A stretch of DNA of 64,000 nucleotides, taken from Octopus sinensis. Its lineage: Eukaryota. The notes beneath the pieces were generated by a model. That model saw only the letters and a list, made by a program, of their open reading frames with translations, was not told where the DNA came from and did no database searches. Below are positions 25,825-37,211 of the stretch, piece after piece. Location of the stretch: assembly GCF_006345805.1 (NCBI RefSeq), contig NC_043015.1:52266001-52330000 (forward strand). The letters run 5' to 3'. Each line of letters begins with the position of its first letter. Within the stretch, counting starts at the first letter, position 1. Made by a program: the position numbers and the translations under genes.

Positions 25825-26739
25825 TGATGATGATGATGTGATGATAATGACGATAATATATAATAATAATAATTATATAATAAATAATAATAATAATAAT
25901 AATAATATGATAATAATAATGATAATGATAATGATGATGATAATAATAATATAATAATAATAATAATATAATAATGATAATAATAATAATAACAATAATA
26001 AAGAAATAAATCATAATGGTAAACAAATAAATGGTAATAAATAATCGCAAGAAATATCTACGTATAGAAAATATGTAGAAGAAAAGCCATTAGCAGAAAG
26101 TTCATCAAAACTTGAGTGAAACTCTATCGTTTTAATGCTGTTTCAAAGATAAACATAATTGAAACTACTTTCTGCTAAATCTCTTTCTCTTTCGTCTTCT
26201 CCTCATCTATCTCCCCCTTCTCTCTCCCATGTATCCTCCTCCTCTCTCCCTCTCTCTCGCCCTCACTCTCTTTCTCTCATATTCTCCTTAACATGCAATA
26301 TCATTTTTCAAATGGTTGTTTCCTTATTATGTAATAAGATTCGCCACCGATGGGCGAACAGCAACGCGGTGTACACAAAATGGCGGCACTGTAATGCGAA
26401 ATCGAATTACGTTACACGCAGTCTAAGCGCTCTAATGGACACGCCTTCTATTAAATTCCTACAAGGTGTACTTAATCATTTCCTAGTTCAAGTTTCTTAT
26501 AATATATTTTCTATTATTATTTTGCGAATTTCCCTGAAGTATTATTTTTGCGTGACTCCCGTGCGTAGAAGATGCGACCAGATTTCCTTACACACACACA
26601 CAAACACACCCACACACACATACATACACACACACACATACACACACACACACAAACAGACACATGCACACAACAGAAAATGTTTTAATGCAAAGGGTAG
26701 AGTTTATATCTGCGCGTGTGTTTGTGCGTGTATTATTTT

Positions 26740-26940
26740 CCTCTTCTATTTGTTTGTCACTTGACTGCGGTCATGCTGGAGCACCGCCTTTATTCGAACA
26801 AATCGACGCCAGGACTTATTCTTTGTAAGCCCAGTACTTATTCTATCGGTCTCTTTTGCTGAACTGCTAAGTTATGGGGACGAAAACACACCAGCATCGG
26901 TTGCCAAGCGATGGTGGGGCGACAAACACAGACACACACA
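26740..26940 (-). mobile_element. Family B SINE, 3' half
   Basis: ttgactgcggtcatgctggagcaccgcc...ctattctatcggtctcttttgc...ggttgccaagcgatg. Confidence 0.8.
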
Positions 26941-27165
26941 CATATACCTTACATACATCTGACAGTAATGCAAGTCTGATTTTGTATTTTAGAATAGGTC
27001 ACACCGTATCAATGATTATCTTGCTAATCCTAGCTACGCTTGCTTTGGATGCGCTTTGCCATCAATGTAAGAATAGGAAATCATGGTCTTGTCCCTATTC
27101 ATGATCTATTTTCGTATTTCAGAATTTTAAACTTGGTATTTTCTTGGATTATGTATGTAGTAACT

Positions 27166-27490
27166 GGTGAGGATGCGCGGCTTAGTGGCTGGGGTAATCG
27201 GCTCACGATCGTAAAGTCACGGGTTCGATTCCTGATGGAGCGTTGTCTCCTTGAGAAAGACACTTTATTTCACTTTGCACCAGTCCACTCAGCTGGCAAA
27301 AATGAGTTGTATCTGTATTACAAAGGGCCAACCTTGTCACATTCTGTGTTAAGATGAATCTCCCTGAGGAGTAAGTTAAGGGTACACATGTCTGTGGAGT
27401 GTTCAAACCCTTGTAAGATAATTTCACAAGTATGTTGTTCTGTTGATCATGTCAACTGAAACTCTCACCATCTTAACCGACGGAATACCA
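27166..27490 (+). mobile_element. Full-length family C SINE
   Basis: Head gcggcttagtgg...ggctcacgatcg...gggttcgattcct; ccttgagaaagacacttt...cagtccactcagctgg; 3' body as at 15065. Confidence 0.85.
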
Positions 27491-28175
27491 TTTCTATAAA
27501 TACTAACACTGTAATTATGATAAAGGTCTGAGTGCAAAAAAATGCCTTTTACTACTATCTTCCATCGCTCTATGAAGCGTGCCAGTTAACACATTAATTA
27601 CTTTATCTTTCTCTATCTCCTGCATCAATACATATGTTCAGGCATTTATTTGAAAATGCGAGTGTGACCGCTAGATTTAGTAGTGGCTGACCCTTAGCCT
27701 CTTTTTTTGACAAATTTATGGCCTGCCCTTACATCTTACTGATCTACAAAAATTTATATATCATATCTCTGACATTTAAAAGAATAACTAAGAACACATC
27801 TACCATTACCAATCTATGCGATTTACACTGTTTTTTTAGGAAAACTTATTCTATTGTTTTATGTTTATCCTTTCATCTATTCCTAAATATATATACTGAC
27901 CGGTGGATTTAAATTATGTTTTTATTTCTTGGTTTTACTTGTAATAACACTTACAAGCTATAGGTTTAAATTCGCGGCATTACAGGTTTTCTGTAGCAAA
28001 TGTATCATATACAGGATCCTGATGAGTTGGCATTCGATTGTATTGCTATAGTAATAAAACTCTCGTATATTATGTAACAATATTGCAATATCCATAAGTT
28101 CGAAGATCAGTGAGAGAATTGTAAATTTAAATAATGGAAAATATTCTCACTCTACTCTCTTTGTCAGTAATTACG

Positions 28176-28231
<56 letters not shown>

Positions 28232-28392
28232 AACACATGTATATAACAAAGGCGCCTATACGCAATATAAAACCAAAAACGAAAAATTCATTTGTCACTA
28301 ACTGTGATAGGCAGTGCAATGTAGCACCTACATTGCTAGAAATTAGAGTCAAAAACCCTTAGAGCTGCGAGGAAGCACACTGACAGGTGAGA

Positions 28393-28458
<66 letters not shown>

Positions 28459-29329
28459 CATCACTATATATATGTAAATATATGTGTATATATATATATA
28501 CATAGTCTCCATACATATATAGTATTCATATATATGTGTACATGGAGATTATATATATCATATGTATCTTATATATATATATATATATTATATTACTTAT
28601 TGATACATACACAAAGACACTCACACACATACACATACATATACTTATATACTTGTTGACAGAAAAGAAAACTATCTTTAAACAAATGCTAGAATTCACT
28701 GAAGATTAGCCGCGTTAAAAAGGGAGATAATTTCGTGACAACGAAGGCGACATTGAGATGAATCCAGACGTGAAACAGAATAAGATGGCGCGATTATAGC
28801 ATCTATAGACTTGATGAGAAATACTTTATTTTTTTTTTCTCTTTATTCAGGATGGAGATTTTAAAACGCAACATCAACATGAACACTAATAACAAAAATG
28901 ATAAAAAAAAAAACAAAACAAAAACGATAATATTACCAGCAACAGCAAAAGACAATAATTGAAAAATAAGAAATTTCAGTTAGAAAACGCCATTGCCAAT
29001 GCAGAGGAAATGTGTGTTACGATTCTCAGTTGAATTTTGGAAACAAAGAATGAGTCGGCATGTCGCTGATCAAAAATGGCACAGTCGTGTTTAATATATG
29101 GTTGATAGTCCGTTTTATTTCCAGAAACAAAGACATTCCATCACGCTATCTTGGAACACAAATAATTATAAGAATAGGAGATAACAAAGAATTTGGATAT
29201 GTTTCGTTGTGTCTTGTTTTACTTTTGCCTTCGTTTGTGTGGATTATGTGTTTGTGTTGTTTATTGGTTATTTTGTTTTCTACTTTTACAAATTGTTTGT
29301 TTAAAGTTGTGTTAATATTGTTAATTATT

Positions 29330-30540
<1,211 letters not shown>

Positions 30541-30963
30541 TGTCGATCGTCTTGCCGTATTAGTATTTTATCAGAATTACCGTTATGACATGGTTTGACA
30601 TCGATTTAGTTTAAATGCCAAGTATCCCTACTGTTTTAAACCATTTGTTTTGTGAAGAATGAAGTCTGTTTCTTCAAGATAAATTGATTAAATCCTCTGG
30701 CATTTCAAAGAATTATTTCATCTGCCATTTTGTTCTTTTATTTTTCTTATGTCCATCATGATTTCCTTTTCTTTGTCTTTTCTTTCTGTTTTCACACATG
30801 AAACCTCGACTTTCTTACTGAATATAATCGAATAAAGCTTCCCCAAAGAAACGAGATTGTGGAAAGCTATTAATTAAAGAGATACACACACAGTTTACAG
30901 AGGTGATATACTGTATGACATCTTTTCCTGCTATTATCATTATTAATATTATTATTATTATTA

Positions 30964-31011
<48 letters not shown>

Positions 31012-31424
31012 TTGATGTTCAGGTATAATTCTCAAAATCATGAAGCACTTCGCAAAAACGTACAAAAACCTGAATTGCGTAAGAACCAGCATGACGGTCA
31101 CTTCTGCTCAGACGCTGCATCTGAACTTGGTGAAAATAGCAGTTAAATGATTTTTCTTTTTGCATGGAAATTTATTATTTAATAAAAGGTGGCTAGAATG
31201 GTCGATAAAGCTTTTGAGAAAAACGAAAATACGAAACGTCTATCGATTGAACGTTTTCCATCATATGCTTATACAAATGGCAGACTGAAGATTAAATCAC
31301 ATCAACAATGCTTAAATTGTATATTGGTTTTAAATAGGAATATTTTTCTAATCAGGTTATCATTTGAGGATTTGCATAACAAATATGAATAGAAACTTGG
31401 TTAGAACAAAATTTGGTTAAACCA

Positions 31425-31550
31425 CAAAATGTAACATTTATTTACAGTATTTGCATTTGACGGATATTTGTCCTCATCTTGTTTGTTGTTAACACAACTT
31501 TTCGGCTGATATAACCTCCATCCTTCATCAGGTGTCTTGGGGAAATTTCG
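31425..31550 (-). mobile_element. Penelope-like terminal repeat fragment, copy 2
   Basis: tttgacggatatttgtcctcatcttg...catcaggtgtcttggggaaatttcg, truncated by (CATA)n. Confidence 0.7.
31491..31536 (-). ncRNA. Minimal type I hammerhead ribozyme with intact CUGAUGA...GAAA core and altered helix III
   Basis: Minus strand GACAC-CUGAUGA-AGGAUG(loop)CAGCC-GAAA-AGUU-GUGUU; C15.2 changed to A and one stem II mismatch. Confidence 0.7.
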
Positions 31551-31639
31551 TACATACATACATACATACACACACATATATACATACATATATACATACA
31601 TACACAGACATATATACATACACACAGATATATACATAG

Positions 31640-32052
31640 GTACTGCAGTTAATCTGTCTAGATTACAAGTTCAGGTTTATGCCTGTAATTATTGGAGCCC
31701 TGGGATATCTAACACACTGCCTAAATACCAAGCTAGAGAAATTAGGCTTCTCAAAACCAGAAAGGAGAAAGCTAATTTGAAGACTACAGATCCAATCCGT
31801 CACTGGACCTGTAAAAATCTGTAACACTTTCCAGAAGTTTATCATTTAAATATATATGAGCATGTCTAGATATGTAACTATATGCATGAAAATATTTACA
31901 TAAAATATACAAATCTAACATACATACCTGCATACATACATACAAAAATACCCTGTTGTTGGTGTTGAAATTCATATGAAGGAACCTTGGGTCTAGGGTA
32001 AAAACCGGTTTTTTCTCTATTGCAAGAAATCTTGAAACAAACTAAATAAGGA
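31640..32052 (+). mobile_element. RLE (R4-like) retrotransposon 3' end flanked by (CATA)n
   Basis: Reads DYKFRFMPVIIGALGYLTHCLNTKLEKLGFSKPERRKLI*RLQIQSVTGPVKICNTFQKFII* (stop 31847-31849), then a 3' UTR ending ...aaataagga|catacata. Confidence 0.8.
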
Positions 32053-32064
32053 CATACATACATA

Positions 32065-32261
32065 AAAAGAGAAACTGACCGGCTGATTCGTACATTACAA
32101 GTGCAATCAGTGGAATAGTAAAAATATGCAAGGCTTTTCTCAAATTCCAAATGTGAATTTGTCTGTGTTAACAACATCGCAATGATGGAGCCTTGTATCT
32201 TTGATGGAAACCGGCTCCCTCCTCAGTGGAAGATTTATAATAATTAAAATGTAAAAGAGCC
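32065..32261 (+). mobile_element. Second, diverged RLE 3' end flanked by (CATA)n
   Basis: KRETDRLIRTLQVQS / ISGIVKICKAFLKFQM* is homologous to the C-terminus of the previous element; the 3' UTR has a gagcc...gaaaccggctc stem. Confidence 0.7.
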
Positions 32262-32328
32262 ACATACATACATATATACATACATACATACATACATACA
32301 TACATACATACATACATACATACATACA

Positions 32329-32429
32329 CTGTTGGTGTTGTTGAAACTCTAATGAAGGAGCTTTCGATCTGGATTAGAAACCGACTCTTTCTCTATTGGC
32401 AAGAAATCTTGAAAAAAGCTCAATAATGA
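32329..32429 (+). mobile_element. 3' UTR-only fragment of the 31640 family between (CATA)n tracts
   Basis: Matches 31950-32052 (gttggtgttg...aatgaaggag...aaacc...tttctctatt...caagaaatcttgaaa...aataa). Confidence 0.75.
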
Positions 32430-32433
32430 CATT

Positions 32434-32465
<32 letters not shown>

Positions 32466-33785
32466 CGCAAAGGACTGAAGTACATTTCCCATCTATTAAA
32501 TTCCCCGCACAGTATGATATGGAATTCAAGTCATTGGTAGAAGGCATATGCAAAAGATTCCGCTCTGTGGAATCGAAAGCGGAACGTGATTACTACGACG
32601 TTAACTGCTTAACCACACAACCAAGCCAGCAACATTAACTGTATTAGGTTTCAGTTAAATGGATCAGAATACGCGTATGTTTGTGTGTGTGTGTGTGTCT
32701 TTTTTGGGGGTGTTTGTTTGTGTATGTAGGTGTGTGTGTTCGTGTGTGTGTCAGTATGTGTTTTTCTGTGTGTGTTCGTGTGTGTGTCAGTATGTGTGTT
32801 TCTGTGTGTGTTTGTGAGTGTGGGTGTATGTGTGTATGAGCACGTTTTATGAATGTGTATTGCTGTGTGTATCTCTCATCCTGTATAAATGTACTTGATG
32901 GTTATAGTGTGTGCGTGCATGCGTGTGTGTGTGTGTGTGTGTATGCCTCTGTTTGCGTGACTTGGTGTATGTGCATGTGTGTTTTATGTATGTGCATCGT
33001 TTTGTGTGTCTGTCTGTTTGTCCCTTTCTTATTCTGTATGAAAGTATATTTGAGGTGTGCATGTGTGCGTGTTTAGTATTAGTATGGGCGTAATTAATAT
33101 TTGGTGTGTGCGTGAGTGTGCTACTTCTGTGCGTTCGTGTGTGTATGTGTGTATGTGTGTGTTTGTGTGTTTGCGTGTGTGTATGTGTGTGTGTATGTGT
33201 GTGTGTGTATGGAGTAAATTATGAGTTCATGTCCGTTCGTACATCGACATGCTTTCAGATTTCGAAATCTTACAAGAACATAAAAATACATGTGCAAATA
33301 TGTGTGTGTATGTGTACACATACGTATGTATGCATGTAGATGTCTGTGTGTATGTGTGTGTGCGTGCATGTGTCTATGCGTGTTTGTAGACATAAATTCA
33401 TTTACATATTGTTGAAAAATTCGAAGCCGTAACAATGAGATTTTAATATAAAATAATTTTATTATTCCTGCTTTTCTTCTAATTATATTGTTTCGCAGAA
33501 TTATTTACAAAGAATTTCTTAACTCGAAATATAATTTGGAAAAAGAAAAAGTAATAATGACAATAATGAACCTCTGTTTAATTACAACCGCAATGTTATG
33601 GCTTTTATATTTTATGTGAAACTTCATATATACAATGTTTCAATTAAACCTCACAGACCTTTTAAAACCAAATATATATGTATGTGCTTGTGTATATATA
33701 TATATGAATGCCAAGGCGCTAGGTTCGTGTGATGAGCAAACGAAACTTGCATGGAACCGAATCAAACTATTTAAAATAACCCTTT

Positions 33786-33990
33786 CCACTAAAGGCACAA
33801 GGCCTAAAATGTTGATGGAGGGGACCAGTCTACTACATCGACCTCAGTGTTTCACTGGTGCTTAATTTATTGACCCTGAATGGATGAAAGGCAAAAGTCG
33901 ACATGGAAATCTGAAGTTGGAACATGAAGACAGACGAAATGCCGCCAAGCATTTCTCCCGCCGGGGCTAACGATTCTGCCAGCTCATTGC
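33786..33990 (-). mobile_element. Family A SINE, tail type 1
   Basis: aaaggcacaaggcctaaaat...ctacatcgacctcagtg...ggatgaaaggcaaaagtcgac...gctaacgattctgccagctc. Confidence 0.75.
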
Positions 33991-34199
33991 TTTGTAACTA
34001 TTTTAAATAATGATATATGCAACTCCAACAAGATATATGTTAAATAATAATAATAATGAAATCATTGTATACAGTGTTCAGGTGCACCATAATTTTCGAA
34101 AGTGCGTATAAAGCATATGCAGTAATGTACAAATGTCTGGAAAGTGAACAGTGTATGAGTCAGATATATGCTTGCGTGTGTATGGAGGGGAGAAAATCA

Positions 34200-34415
34200 G
34201 GTATAGTGTTGGCGAATCTTAGGAAGCATGGAAGTTTTGAAGGATGCATTGCTCCGACAACTAACAACTGATGCCGGCAGTTTGTTCCATACTTCAGCGA
34301 CTCTTAGCGTGAAAAGATGCTTCCGAAAGTCATGGGAGTTGTGCTGTTTTCTGACTTAGTAAACATGTCCACGGGTGTCAGACAGGTACAGTTTGAAAAG
34401 GTGCTCAGAGTTATT
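34200..34415 (-). mobile_element. CR1/L2-type LINE 3' end
   Basis: Minus translation TRGHVY*VRKQHNSHDFRKHLFTLRVAEVWNKLPASVVSC fits the CR1 C-terminal motif TRGH...RKxFFSxRVVxxWNxLP. Confidence 0.8.
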
Positions 34416-34499
34416 GCCTCTTCCTTTCCTTTACCCACTCACTCGTATATATTCCAGGCTCAATAAAATGCAAGCAACGTTTTGAAAGATGAAATTCAC

Positions 34500-34985
34500 C
34501 ATAGTATATTTGAAAAATGTGGAAATTTTATTCATGAAAGTACCATTGTAGTCAACACATTTTTGCTAACGAGTTACAAGTTTGTTTATTCTGGTAACAT
34601 AAAAATCTGGAGTTCTGGAGCTGATGACCTCTTTGTACGCACTTTCAGCATCGGTTTGATTTTTGAACTCCTTCTTTTGCAGGAAACCATCAAACTGCTT
34701 GAAAAAGTCGTAGTTGGTAGGAGAAAAGTCTGGGGAATAAGCTGGGTGGGAAAGAACCTCGTAGCCAAGTTCCCTGAACTCCTTGGGCTTCATTAGTGAA
34801 ACGTGTGGTCGAGCTGACCCTCTTCTGTTGACCGGTCTGGGGCGGAGGAGTAGCAGTTTTTCGTTCATTTTGACAATTTCGTGGCAATTTTTCTGCAGAA
34901 ATGGTTTTTCCGGGTTTTAAGAACTTATAGTGGATGATTACAGCAGTACACCACCAGTCTCCACAACCTTCGTTTTGAAAAGCTC
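34500..34985 (-). mobile_element. Mariner (DD34D) transposase C-terminal fragment, pseudogenised
   Basis: FLKPGKTISAEK...ARPH...LGYEVLSHPAYSPDFSPTNYDFF...KLVTR.QKCVD. The HDN segment is deleted and the SDY aspartate reads N. Confidence 0.85.
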
Positions 34986-35293
34986 GTGTATAAGGAAGGT
35001 TTTCCGTGCTTCATTTGTGTGTATGTGTGTGTGTGTGTGGTGTGTGTGTGTGTGTATGTGTATGTGTGTGTGTGTGTGTGTGTGTATAAAATCAGTTTGA
35101 CTCAGGTCCATAACATCTGAGGTTTCCTTGGAGCGTAAGGTGCGTCCATCTCGTCAGATAACTGGGAACCTGGGTGAAACGGTAATGATACCTGTAACTC
35201 CTACTAAGTGTGATCTGTGCCACTTTCATTTCTCCAAGCAGTCGTTTACACGCACGCACATACATATACATACATACATACACACACACACAT

Positions 35294-35325
<32 letters not shown>

Positions 35326-35327
35326 GT

Positions 35328-35371
<44 letters not shown>

Positions 35372-35392
35372 TAATATATATATATATATATA

Positions 35393-35556
35393 TGAATGAA
35401 AGAATGGAGTCGAACGAAGATGTTAACAAAATTCCATTACTCTCGACATATGTTTCGAAGACGGCATATTTTTATTTATTTATGCTGTCTTCGAAACATA
35501 TGTCGAGAGTAAAGGAATTTTGTTAGCATCTTCGTTCGACTCCATTCTTTCATTCA
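35393..35556. repeat. Long near-perfect inverted repeat (76-bp arms, 12-nt loop) containing a hammerhead 3' half
   Basis: Arms 35393-35468 and 35481-35556 have three non-Watson-Crick positions (two G.U on the plus strand); CGAAAC-ATAT-GTC lies at 35492-35504. Confidence 0.92.
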
Positions 35557-35692
35557 TTCATATACAACACACAAATTTCTACCCTTGACAGGTCGTTTCA
35601 ACCGTGTTTCTGACGTGAATTTGCTACCCAGGTTTCGGTTAAACGAATTTTCCATGCTGACGATAAACATAGGATAATTCATTCACCTACTC

Positions 35693-35737
<45 letters not shown>

Positions 35738-35791
35738 CGTGTGTGTGTGTGTGTGTATTACTATATTACTATATTTTTATTATTATTGTCA

Positions 35792-36328
35792 TTGAGAAAA
35801 GCACAAGCCATCAATGTGACACTGAGATACAAGTATACCAAGCCCAGCGTACCCGTCATGACTTCCCGTCTGATAAGGGTTCACCAGGCACATGAGTCAC
35901 AACCATATGTTCGCGACATGATGATCTCATATCATGATAAACAACGCATTACCTTGCATGTGGGGGCCCAGTTAAAATTTTCTTCAGATCGTGTGACGCA
36001 TCCTACTTGAATAAGGGTTGTTTAAGGATGTTGAACGAAACACCCATGTTTTCAGCGGTGAATTATTCACATCGCAAAGAATTCCTCTCAACACACATCT
36101 ATAATACTTCCCTACTACTCCTGCTTGTGATCAGAGATGTACATATCGTCAACCACCAAGGTACTAGGTCAGCTGATTAATGGCAAACAACGGACAAGTA
36201 ATTCTGTGCTATGGGGCAGAATATTTGCTGTAGCCCATCTTTTATACCAAGACAAAACATTTACATGATGACACTTCCAATCTCTTAAGATCAGAAGCCA
36301 TGAGAGTCAGTGTCTTGTACTGCATCAA
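35792..36328 (-). mobile_element. Unclassified ~500-bp TAA-flanked repeat, copy 2
   Basis: Reverse-complement match to 17608-18102 and 45996-46477, more diverged; ATT repeats on both sides. Confidence 0.75.
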
Positions 36329-36394
36329 TATCCTTATTATTAATATTATTATCATCATCATCATTATTATTATTACTATTATTATTATTTAAGA

Positions 36395-36502
36395 CAGTTT
36401 GACTCGGTCCCATGGAACATGTGTGCATGCGTAGGTCTGTGAATCGAAACCGCGATCCTACGACCGCGAGTCCGCTGCCTTAATAACTGGGCCATTGCGC
36501 CT
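36395..36502 (-). mobile_element. Family C SINE head
   Basis: Minus strand ggcgcaatggcccagttattaaggcagcggactcgcggtcgtaggatcgcggtttcgattcac, matching 15065. Confidence 0.8.
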
Positions 36503-36512
36503 TCATATATAT

Positions 36513-37196
36513 TGTTACGAAACGGACTGGAATCGCCCGTCGTCGCTCGTCCCGAACGGCTCACACAAGTTCCGCCACGGAACCCAAAGAGGCGGAGAGA
36601 GGAGATACAGATGGATACTGCCACAACCCCAACAGCACAGAGATACAGAGGCACAACCCGAGATACAACCCAAAGAGGTAAGGCAACAACTGGCAACACT
36701 GGCTTCTTCGAGGACCGGCCAACGACTGCAAGATCCGTCTGTGTTCTTCGACGACCGCTCAACGACTGCCCAGAACCTCACTTCCCTGTCCTGACTTCCA
36801 CTCCCTCATTTCCCTCTGTTCTACCACCTATAGTCTTTCTATTTGCTATCTGATTCCTTACTCTATCTATATCGCCTACTGTCCCTTAGCCTCTCTATCT
36901 GTCCCTTAGTCTTATACTCTATCTCTCTCATGACAGCTCTACCAAACTCTCTGCCTGTCCTTCTCTCCTACTGTCAATACCCTCTCCATCTGCTCTTAGA
37001 TTCCCTTAATCTGTCCTCCTCTTCACTTCTTCAAGGGGTGCCCAGAGCGACCCCTAATTCACCCGCACAAGGTCACAGGTCATTCCAAAACCCATTAGTC
37101 CTCCATTAAACAAAAGACTGTCACTTTTCTACTAGACATGCCGGAACCATAATTCCAATGTGGGTCACCGGGAAATGCACCAGCTAAACCGTAACA
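36513..37196 (-). repeat. 3' LTR (684 bp, 583-bp internal deletion)
   Basis: Same as the 5' LTR apart from three substitutions I could find and the loss of ~39115-39697; adjacent to the PPT. Confidence 0.93.
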
Positions 37197-37211
37197 CTAC
37201 CCCCTACCTAA
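37197..37211 (-). promoter_or_regulatory. Polypurine tract
   Basis: Minus strand taggtagggggtag immediately before the 3' LTR. Confidence 0.8.

Noticed and set aside
28830-28900. Strong polypyrimidine tract plus cag acceptor (possible exon)
   Set aside because: The downstream frame stops quickly or runs into A-rich repeat, and I found no convincing donor or protein similarity.
31010-31150. Possible exon after tttgatgttcag
   Set aside because: All frames close within ~45 codons with no clear donor; it is better explained as gag-like debris.
32345-32395. ctaatga...gaaac in the RLE 3' UTR as a hammerhead
   Set aside because: The core is CUAAUGA and the stem encloses rather than precedes GAAAC, so the geometry is wrong.
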